A stretch of 60,002 nt of DNA, the filler included. It is 5 parts of 5 records of this genome, joined end to end, with 100 filler letters (N's around TTAATTAATTAA, not from the genome) between each part and the next. Parts side by side here need not be neighbours in the genome. Positions count along the whole stretch, not along the records: positions 50,843 to 60,002 come from DRR723986_7951; 4 more parts are not named here. The stretch is one strand, 5' to 3'. This document shows positions 53,129-60,002 of this stretch, piece after piece. The position numbers and the translations under genes were made by a program. A model generated the notes under the pieces. It was not told where the DNA came from and did no database searches. It was given only the letters and a program-made list of their open reading frames with translations. The stretch's first letter is position 1. Every line of letters begins with the position of its first letter.

Positions 53129-53845
53129 ATGACAGGAATGGACAGTTTCTGGGGGGCATTTGCTGGAGCCCTTGGCCTGGTCATCGCGCTGGATCCGGAT
53201 CTGATGGAAATCATCGGCCTGTCCATGCGGGTCACGCTTACGGCTGTCGTTCTCGCCTGCGTCATCGGCCTGCCCCTCGGCGCGGCGGTCGGCACTTTCA
53301 ATTTCCCCGGAAGAACGCTCGTCGCCGTCATCTTGAACGCGCTGATGGGCCTGCCCCCTGTCGTGGTGGGCCTGCTTGTCTATCTCGTCCTGTCGGCATC
53401 CGGACCGCTCGGGCCGCTGCGCCTGCTCTACACGCCAACTGCCATGATTATCGCGCAGATGGTGCTGGTGACGCCCATTGTCGCCGCGCTGACACGTCAG
53501 GTAATCGAAGACCTCAACAGGGAATATTCCGAGCAATTCGCATCGCTCGGCGTCGGCCGCTTTGATCGTCTGACAGCCATGCTCTGGGATGCCCGCTACA
53601 GCCTGCTGACCGTCGCGCTGGCCGGTTTCGGCCGTGCGGTTGCCGAAGTCGGAGCGGTTATCATTGTCGGCGGCAACATCAACCATGTTACCCGCGTGAT
53701 GACCACGACCATCGCTTTGGAAACATCCAAGGGCAATCTCCAGCTTGCCTTGGCGCTCGGCGTGATTCTGCTGATGATCGCCTTTGCCGTGAACGCCGGT
53801 GTCATGGCCCTTCGTGCCTCAGCTGCGAGGGCCGCCTATGCGTGA
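53129..53845 (+). CDS. tupB: Tungstate ABC transporter permease
   Basis: NALMGLPPVVVGL, GRAVAEVGAVIIVGGNI and TTTIALETSKG. Alternative start at 53138. Confidence 0.88.
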   Translation: MTGMDSFWGAFAGALGLVIALDPDLMEIIGLSMRVTLTAVVLACVIGLPLGAAVGTFNFPGRTLVAVILNALMGLPPVVVGLLVYLVLSASGPLGPLRLLYTPTAMIIAQMVLVTPIVAALTRQVIEDLNREYSEQFASLGVGRFDRLTAMLWDARYSLLTVALAGFGRAVAEVGAVIIVGGNINHVTRVMTTTIALETSKGNLQLALALGVILLMIAFAVNAGVMALRASAARAAYA

Positions 53846-54662
53846 CGCAGCTTTCGACACACCAGGCACTGCCTCCACGATGTCGCGCCGTAGCCCGGCA
53901 ATGCACGACCCGTTGCTGGATGTCAGAAGTCTCGGCTTTTCGGCAGGCGGCGAAAAACTTCTGCACGACGTCGATGTTGCCATCCGGCGCGGTTCACGCA
54001 CGCTCATCATGGGCCCGAACGGAGCCGGCAAGAGCCTCTTGCTGCGATTGATGCACGGTCTGCTTCAGCCGCAGGAAGGCGCTATCCTGTGGGAAGGCGG
54101 CCGGATGGACGCCACCGCCCGACGCGCACAGGCTATGGTCTTCCAGCGTCCCGTGTTGCTGCGCCGCTCGGTTATCGCCAATCTCAAGTTCGCACTGAGC
54201 GTTCGCGGCCTGCGGGGCAGCGAACGCGCCGACAAGGTCAAGGCCGCGCTGGAAACGGCGGGCCTCAGTCATCTGGCCCGGCGCCCGGCGCGCGTCTTGT
54301 CCGGCGGCGAGCAGCAGCGCCTGTCCCTGGTGCGTGCTCTTGCCTGCGATCCCGAACTCCTGTTTCTCGACGAACCTACTGCCAATCTCGACCCGGCCTC
54401 CACTGCCGCGATCGAGTCCCTGGTACTGGAAGCCAACGCCCGCGGTGTCACCGTTGTTCTGGTGACCCATGATGCAGGCCAGGCAAAACGCCTCGGTGAA
54501 GACCTCGTGTTTCTGCAGAACGGCACCGTGGTCGAGACAGGCCCTGTCGAAAAAGTGCTTGCCAACCCCAGAAGCGAACCCGTTCGCGCCTGGCGGGAAG
54601 GCAGGCTTTACCTTGGACCCAACACCCAATCCCTGAATGATTACCCCGGGAGGAAAAATTGA
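53838..54662 (+). CDS. tupC: Tungstate ABC transporter ATPase
   Basis: GPNGAGKS, LSGGEQQR and DEPTANLD. Start uncertain (53838 or 53901). Confidence 0.85.
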   Translation: MRDAAFDTPGTASTMSRRSPAMHDPLLDVRSLGFSAGGEKLLHDVDVAIRRGSRTLIMGPNGAGKSLLLRLMHGLLQPQEGAILWEGGRMDATARRAQAMVFQRPVLLRRSVIANLKFALSVRGLRGSERADKVKAALETAGLSHLARRPARVLSGGEQQRLSLVRALACDPELLFLDEPTANLDPASTAAIESLVLEANARGVTVVLVTHDAGQAKRLGEDLVFLQNGTVVETGPVEKVLANPRSEPVRAWREGRLYLGPNTQSLNDYPGRKN

Positions 54663-55495
54663 TCAGAAGAGCATTTCTGGCGCTTGCCGCCGCCGTCCTG
54701 ACGACCGTATTTGCCGGTCAGCCGAGTTTTGCGGAAGACAAGTTCATTGTCGTCCAGTCGACCACCTCAACCCAGAATTCGGGCCTGTTCGACTATCTCC
54801 TGCCCATCTTCCAGGAAAAGACCGGCATTGAAGTCCGCGTGGTTGCCGTTGGCACAGGCCAGGCCATCAAGAATGCCGCCAATGGCGATGGCGATGTCCT
54901 GTTCGTTCACTCCAAGCCGTCCGAAGAAAAATTCGTTGCAGACGGTCTCGGCGTTTCCCGTTCCGACGTCATGTACAACGACTTTGTCATCGTCGGCCCG
55001 GCAAATGACCCTGCAGGCGTCGCCGGCTCGAAAGATGTCGTTGAGTCCCTGAAGAAAATCGCCGATGCAAAGGCCCCATTTGCCTCTCGCGGCGATGACA
55101 GCGGCACCCACAAGGCGGAGCTTCGCCTGTGGAAGGCCGCCGGCATCGACCCGAGCGAAGGCTCGGGCGACTGGTACCGTGAAACCGGCTCCGGCATGGG
55201 CGCTACCCTCAACACCGGCACCGGCATGGGCGCTTACGTCATGACCGACCGCGCCACCTGGATCTCCTTCGGCAACAAGGGCGACTACAAGGTTGCCGTT
55301 GAAGGCGACCCGATCCTGTTCAACCAGTACGGCATCATTCTGGTAAACCCGGAAGTTCATGCCCATGTGAAGGCCGATCTTGGCCAGCAGTTCGTTGACT
55401 GGGTGCTGTCCAAGGAAGGCCAGCAGGCTATCGCCGACTACAAGGTCGACGGCCAGCAGCTGTTCTTCCCGAATTCGGACAAGGGCTCAAGCTGA
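54659..55495 (+). CDS. tupA: Tungstate-binding periplasmic protein
   Basis: Signal peptide, STTSTQNSG (TupA TTTS-type motif), GTGQA, SRGDDSGTH, TDRATW and NQY. Confidence 0.9.
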   Translation: MIRRAFLALAAAVLTTVFAGQPSFAEDKFIVVQSTTSTQNSGLFDYLLPIFQEKTGIEVRVVAVGTGQAIKNAANGDGDVLFVHSKPSEEKFVADGLGVSRSDVMYNDFVIVGPANDPAGVAGSKDVVESLKKIADAKAPFASRGDDSGTHKAELRLWKAAGIDPSEGSGDWYRETGSGMGATLNTGTGMGAYVMTDRATWISFGNKGDYKVAVEGDPILFNQYGIILVNPEVHAHVKADLGQQFVDWVLSKEGQQAIADYKVDGQQLFFPNSDKGSS

Positions 55496-55572
55496 GCCCG
55501 TCTGACCGTCTTCTCGCTTTCCGAGTGAGTGGAGCCAGATAGCAATCTGTGTCGCATGCTCCGCTCAAACCT

Positions 55573-55606
55573 TCCCCCTTCTCACGCGAGGAGGGGGATT
55601 TTTTTT
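55573..55606 (+). terminator. Rho-independent terminator after tupA
   Basis: tcccccttctc-acgc-gaggaggggga followed by a T run. Confidence 0.8.
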
Positions 55607-55766
55607 GACCTGATCAAAGCCAAATGGACTTGCGTGGAGTTTCAAGGTCACCCCGGGGCAAAGGCAAGTACGCCGCACACAGGCACCGCTCATGAGCTAT
55701 CTAAAGCTCATGTCGAAGGGAATTAGCGGCAGGCGTCGCTTGTTTCCGTCGAATTGCGGGTAATCG

Positions 55767-55895
55767 TTATTCCCCCAAGCGCACGGACGGGCTGGACGTG
55801 AAGTCGGCGCTGGAAAACCGCAGGTGCTCCAGAACCTGGTTGGCGCCGATGGCAATCACGATAATGGCGGCAAACGCGATGAGCATTGTTTTCAT
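55767..55895 (-). CDS. 42-aa membrane-anchored microprotein, last gene of the fdh operon (absent from the ORF track)
   Basis: MKTMLIAFAAIIVIAIGANQVLEHLRFSSADFTSSPSVRLGE. ATGA overlap with the WD40-cyt c stop, GAAGGAG SD, and GC3-rich codons like its neighbours. Confidence 0.7.
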   Translation of the reverse strand: MKTMLIAFAAIIVIAIGANQVLEHLRFSSADFTSSPSVRLGE

Positions 55896-57247
55896 TGTGT
55901 ATCTCCTTCGGATGGCGCCGTCGCCGATTTCAGATAGTCGATCAGGTCGTCACGGTCTTGCTGTTCCACAATCCGCTGCATCGGCATCTTCGATCCGGGA
56001 ATATAGTGATCCGGGCCGTCCAGGAACAGTTGATCGATCGTCGCTTCCGACCAGACAATATCAGATCCTGACAGGGTCGCCGAATAGGGGTAGTCCGGAA
56101 TAGTGCCCGCACGCCGGCCGAAGATGTTGTGAAGCGTCGGCCCGGCCTTGCGCGCGGTATCGCCGGTCAGGGCGTGGCAGATCGAGCATTTGCGCGCGAA
56201 CTGCCGTTCGCCGTTGGACATTTCTTCCGGTTTCTTGAGGAATTGCGGTGTCTCGGTTGCCATCGGATCGAATGTTGCTAGATCGGCAAGGGGCCATGAA
56301 TAGACGATGTTCTCGATGCCGCCCGCATGCAACACATCGCCGTCCTTGGAAAAGGCGAGCGCCCAGATCGGACCTTTCAGTGCTGCCCGGAAGTCCGTTT
56401 CAAGCGCCCAGGACGTCGTGTCGAACACGGTGATGTATCCATGACCGTCACCGGTCGCCAGACGTGAGCCATCCGGACTGACCGCCATGGCCAGTATCGG
56501 CCGGCGCTCGAAAGTGAAGTCATGCAGCCGTTCGCCGGTTTCGATATCGACGATCCGCGTCACTCCGTCCTGGGAGCCGTAGGCAATCCAGCTCTCCCGG
56601 TCACCCTCACCGCCAATGGCAATAACATTGATGCCAAAACCGTTGCGATCAACGACCCGCTTTTCACTTTGCGTTGCCAGATCCCAGAGCTTGATCGACC
56701 CGTCGACCGACGCGGAGTAGAGCTGGCGCCCGTCCCTTGAAAACGCGACCGCATTCACCCCGGTTGCATGTCCGGCAAGATAAGCCGGCTCGCCGCCGGC
56801 AACCGGCCACAGCCCCACACGTGCATCCCAGCTTGCGCTGGCAATCATCGTCTTGTCGGGAGAAACCGCAAGCCCCATGATCTTCGCCGTGTGCCCTTCC
56901 AGAACCCGGTTCGAGTTATCGCGGGTGTTCCAGAGAATAAGCTCGTTGTCGTCTCCGCCGGACACCAGATGGCTGCCGTCCAGAAACTGAACCACCTTGA
57001 CCGCCGCCGCATGGCCCTCAAGCCATTGCGGCACCCGGTCTTTCCAGATGCCGACCGAATTGTCGAAGCTGGCAGTCGCCACCTGCCCGGTCTCAAGGGA
57101 AACATCGATATCCATGACCGGGCCGCCGTGGCCCTTCAGGGTCTGGAAATCGGCGCTCCCGGCTGCGGAGACCAGCGTCAGAAGGAAGCCGGCAGCGGGC
57201 CCGAAGACCCGTGCAAGCAACCATACGGGATCCGGCTGAAACGGCAT
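55892..57247 (-). CDS. Periplasmic WD40-repeat beta-propeller fused to a class I c-type cytochrome
   Basis: Signal-like N-terminus and repeated GH...W WD40 units. The C-terminal domain has the heme motif CSICH, GPTLHNIFGRRAG and a distal Met in PGSKM (cytochrome c2-like). Confidence 0.88.
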   Translation of the reverse strand: MPFQPDPVWLLARVFGPAAGFLLTLVSAAGSADFQTLKGHGGPVMDIDVSLETGQVATASFDNSVGIWKDRVPQWLEGHAAAVKVVQFLDGSHLVSGGDDNELILWNTRDNSNRVLEGHTAKIMGLAVSPDKTMIASASWDARVGLWPVAGGEPAYLAGHATGVNAVAFSRDGRQLYSASVDGSIKLWDLATQSEKRVVDRNGFGINVIAIGGEGDRESWIAYGSQDGVTRIVDIETGERLHDFTFERRPILAMAVSPDGSRLATGDGHGYITVFDTTSWALETDFRAALKGPIWALAFSKDGDVLHAGGIENIVYSWPLADLATFDPMATETPQFLKKPEEMSNGERQFARKCSICHALTGDTARKAGPTLHNIFGRRAGTIPDYPYSATLSGSDIVWSEATIDQLFLDGPDHYIPGSKMPMQRIVEQQDRDDLIDYLKSATAPSEGDTQ

Positions 57248-57259
57248 GTCACGCCGGGC

Positions 57260-58501
57260 CTATTCGGCGGGAACCGCGCTGTCGCCACCTGAATGTTTGG
57301 CGGCTTCGCGCTTTTCAGCTTCTTCGACTTCCTTCACCCAGAGACCGTGGTGCTCCTTCGCCCACTGCAGTTCAACCTCGCCGGAGCCCATGGCGTCATA
57401 GGCGCCTTCCATGCCGATGGAACCGATGTAGATATGCGCCAGGATCAGCGCCATCATCACGAAGGCCACAATGGCGTGCCACAGCTGCGCAAACTGCATT
57501 TCCTCATGCGGTGCAAGCGCGGTAGGCAATGTACCGAGACCCACCAGCTGCGGCAGGCCGAGTGCGTTGAGCTTTTCGAAGGTGACCGCAAACATCGGCA
57601 TTTCGAACGGGAACAACAGCGACAGACCGGAAACGGAAATCGAAGCGCCCAGGACGATCACCCCCCAGAACACCAGCTTCTGACCGAAGTTGAATTTCTT
57701 GGCCGGCGGGTGCACACCCTTCTTGAAAAGCCCGCCACCGACGGCGATCCATTTTACATCCGTCTTGTTCGGGATGTTGTGTGCCACCCACATCACGAAC
57801 ACCATGATCAGACCCAGCATGAAGGCCCAGGCGACGTTGTTGTGGATCCACTTCGAGAAATGCGCGACGGGCGCGAAAGCGTCCTTGCCGATCATAGGGA
57901 TGATCACGAAGCGCCCGAAAAGCGTCAGCAGGCCGGTAATGCCAAGCAGGACGAAGGATCCCGCAAGCAGCCAGTGCCCGAAGCGCTCGATCGCCTTGAA
58001 GCGGGTGATGGTGCGGCCGGTCTTCTCGCCGTCGATGCGAATACGGCCACGAATGAGATAGAAAAGGGCCAGCAGCACGATGGTCCCGCCGAGCAGCCAG
58101 GCGCCGTAAGTGGCAAGCGGACCCTTGCGCCATTCGAGCCAGCGCATACCACCATCCTGCATCAGAACGGTTGCTGCAAATCCACCGGAAGAGACTGTTA
58201 CATCCGCGGAGCCATACCGCAGTGCCCGCCAGAGCTCCGGATCGGAGACACCGCCAAGTGTCCCGAGCTGTGAGGAAATCGACGCTGCGTCGTCCGGATC
58301 ACCGGTATTGTTGCGGCGGAAGTCGTAGTCGACCTTCTCACCACGCTGGCGCTTCATGATGTCTTCAAGCGTCTGCGCACCACCGGTCGCCGACCGGTCG
58401 GCGGACGTATCCTGTGCAAACCCTGTCCCCAGCCCCGCACCAAGAAAGGCCAGAAGAACGAGCAAAGCCATAGTCACGCGTTTCATGACCGCAAACCTCA
58501 T
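57260..58501 (-). CDS. Formate dehydrogenase gamma (cytochrome b) subunit with periplasmic N-terminal extension
   Basis: ERFGHW, KFNFGQK, WH...AHIYIG and WAKEHH motifs of the FdnI/FdhC type. Confidence 0.92.
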   Translation of the reverse strand: MRFAVMKRVTMALLVLLAFLGAGLGTGFAQDTSADRSATGGAQTLEDIMKRQRGEKVDYDFRRNNTGDPDDAASISSQLGTLGGVSDPELWRALRYGSADVTVSSGGFAATVLMQDGGMRWLEWRKGPLATYGAWLLGGTIVLLALFYLIRGRIRIDGEKTGRTITRFKAIERFGHWLLAGSFVLLGITGLLTLFGRFVIIPMIGKDAFAPVAHFSKWIHNNVAWAFMLGLIMVFVMWVAHNIPNKTDVKWIAVGGGLFKKGVHPPAKKFNFGQKLVFWGVIVLGASISVSGLSLLFPFEMPMFAVTFEKLNALGLPQLVGLGTLPTALAPHEEMQFAQLWHAIVAFVMMALILAHIYIGSIGMEGAYDAMGSGEVELQWAKEHHGLWVKEVEEAEKREAAKHSGGDSAVPAE

Positions 58502-58523
58502 TGTCGATTACAACCGGAGACGA

Positions 58524-58549
58524 GCGGGGCGGCTGTAAAGCCGCCCCGC
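58524..58549. promoter_or_regulatory. Intercistronic stem-loop between the fdh beta and gamma genes
   Basis: Perfect 11-bp stem gcggggcggct-gtaa-agccgccccgc with no U tract. Confidence 0.5.
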
Positions 58550-58624
58550 CTACGTTTCTTTCAGGCATCTACCCAGGCGTGACGGGCAGTCCGGCGTGCC
58601 GGTCTGCCCTCACCCCGCAAGGGA

Positions 58625-59218
58625 TCAGCCGCCTTTCTGGCCGTAAGCGGTACCCCAGCCCCAGGCACCCGAGCCGAAGCCGCGGGCAACCACACGTTCG
58701 CGGTAGATGGCCGACACGACGTCGCCATCACCCGCGAGCAGGGCCTTGGTGGAGCACATTTCCGCGCAGAGCGGCAACTTGCCTTCCGCGATACGGTTGC
58801 GGCCGTATTTCGCGAACTCTGCAGTGGAGTTGTTTTCTTCCGGACCACCTGCACAGAAGGTGCATTTGTCCATCTTGCCGCGCGATCCGAAATTGCCCGC
58901 TTGCGGGAATTGCGGTGCGCCGAACGGACAGGCGTAGAAGCAGTAGCCGCAGCCAATGCACAGGTCCTTCGAGTGAAGCACCACGCCTTCTTCGGTCTGG
59001 TAGAAACAGTCCACCGGGCACACCGCCATGCAGGGTGCGTCCGAGCAGTGCATGCAGGCCACGGAGATCGACCGTTCGCCTGGTTTGCCATCATTGATGG
59101 TCACCACACGGCGGCGGTTGATGCCCCACGGCACTTCGTGCTCGTTCTTGCAGGCCGTGACGCAGGCATTGCACTCAATGCAGCGTTCGGCGTCGCAAAG
59201 GAACTTTGATCTTGCCAT
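58625..59218 (-). CDS. Formate dehydrogenase beta (4Fe-4S) subunit
   Basis: CIECNACVTAC, CMHCSDAPCMAVCP, CIGCGYCFYACP and KCTFC. Confidence 0.95.
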   Translation of the reverse strand: MARSKFLCDAERCIECNACVTACKNEHEVPWGINRRRVVTINDGKPGERSISVACMHCSDAPCMAVCPVDCFYQTEEGVVLHSKDLCIGCGYCFYACPFGAPQFPQAGNFGSRGKMDKCTFCAGGPEENNSTAEFAKYGRNRIAEGKLPLCAEMCSTKALLAGDGDVVSAIYRERVVARGFGSGAWGWGTAYGQKGG

Positions 59219-59230
59219 TTGTCGTCCTCC

Positions 59231-60002
59231 TTACGCTGCCGAGATCTTGCAGAGAGTAGCCTTGGTCTCTTGCATCTGGGTCACCGAGTCATACCCGTAG
59301 GTCTGAGCGGTGTTACAGCTTTCCCCAAGCACATAGGGGTCTGCACCCTTCGGATACTTCGACCTCAGGTCCTCGCCCTGGTAATGACCGCCGAAGTGGA
59401 ACGGCATGAAGGCAACGCCTTCGCCGACACGTTCGGTAACCATCGCCATGACCTTGACCTTGCCGCCCTCCGGGCCTTCGACCCAGACCTGTGCGCCGTC
59501 ACGCACCCCGAGATTGTTGGCATCCCGCGGATTGATTTCGACGAACATGTTCTGCTGGAGTTCAGCCAGCCAGGGGTTCGACCGGGTTTCGTCCCCGCCG
59601 CCCTCGTATTCGACCAGACGGCCGGATGTGAGGATGATCGGGAAGTCCTTGGAGAAGTCGTTCTTCTGGATCGACGCATAGAGTGTCGGAACACGCCAGA
59701 ACGACTTGTCGGCATAGGTCGGATAGTCCGCGACCAGATCCCGCCGGTTGGTGTAGAGCGGCTCGCGGTGCAGCGGCACCGGATCCGGGAAGGTCCACAC
59801 AACGGCACGCGCCTTGGCGTTGCCGAACGGGGCACAGCCATGGGCGATCGCCACGCGCTGGATACCGCCCGAAAGGTCGGTTTTCCAGTTCACGGTGCCG
59901 ATCTTGTCCGCAGCGCCGGCAACAGTCTCGATCGACTGACGCTCTTCGGCCGTCAGGTCACCATCCCAGCCGAGGTCGATCAGCATCTGCATGGTGAACT
60001 CG
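59231..60002 (-). CDS. Formate dehydrogenase alpha subunit (molybdo/tungsto-bis-PGD), C-terminal part only
   Basis: Molybdopterin-binding C-terminal domain LTSGRLVEYEGGG..TRSNPWLAE, MPFHF and TQMQETK. Runs off the window. Confidence 0.93.
   Translation of the reverse strand, partial: EFTMQMLIDLGWDGDLTAEERQSIETVAGAADKIGTVNWKTDLSGGIQRVAIAHGCAPFGNAKARAVVWTFPDPVPLHREPLYTNRRDLVADYPTYADKSFWRVPTLYASIQKNDFSKDFPIILTSGRLVEYEGGGDETRSNPWLAELQQNMFVEINPRDANNLGVRDGAQVWVEGPEGGKVKVMAMVTERVGEGVAFMPFHFGGHYQGEDLRSKYPKGADPYVLGESCNTAQTYGYDSVTQMQETKATLCKISAA

Overview
This window is not one genome region. It is five separate contigs joined by four identical 100-bp artificial linkers (44 N + TTAATTAATTAA + 44 N) at 7331-7430, 14954-15053, 28868-28967 and 50743-50842, so gene adjacency across a linker means nothing. 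Contig 1 (1-7330, FCB-group-like by inference): DUF58, then a divergent operon of a 1,063-aa TPR protein, an outer-membrane beta-barrel with no obvious plug, and an acidic single-TM protein truncated in an SDDH tandem repeat. Contig 2 (7431-14953): gcvP and metH back to back, with the same palindrome core near both contig ends. Contig 3 (15054-28867, Burkholderiales-like betaproteobacterium): partial spoVR/ycgB, a CobC/CobD-like PLP-fold protein lacking its catalytic Lys, RDD-DUF3106-DUF3619-ECF sigma, ilvIHC, psd, pssA, leuA, rpsO and pnp. Contig 4 (28968-50742, alphaproteobacterium): hisZ (partial), serA, serC with the serC leader RNA, an EF-hand lipoprotein, a serine hydrolase, an esterase, thiD, glmM, folP, ftsH, tilS, cpoB, pal, pyrC, ygfZ, a 40-aa membrane microprotein, ppdK and glyS (partial). 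Contig 5 (50843-60002, high-GC alphaproteobacterium): a REP-like repeat, TRAP dctQM, tungstate ABC tupBCA, and a formate dehydrogenase operon (alpha partial, beta, gamma) followed by a WD40-cytochrome c fusion and an unannotated 42-aa protein. Most content is housekeeping, and I saw no CRISPR array, rRNA, tRNA, transposase or prophage gene. Best leads: a low-GC in-frame insertion of about 95 aa plus a second AT-rich patch inside glyS; the PLP pseudoenzyme coupled to spoVR; candidate branched-chain amino acid leader peptides ahead of ilvI and leuA; the FDH-linked WD40-cyt c plus microprotein; and the TPR/barrel/anchor envelope operon. All calls come from motif recognition by eye, with no database searches run.
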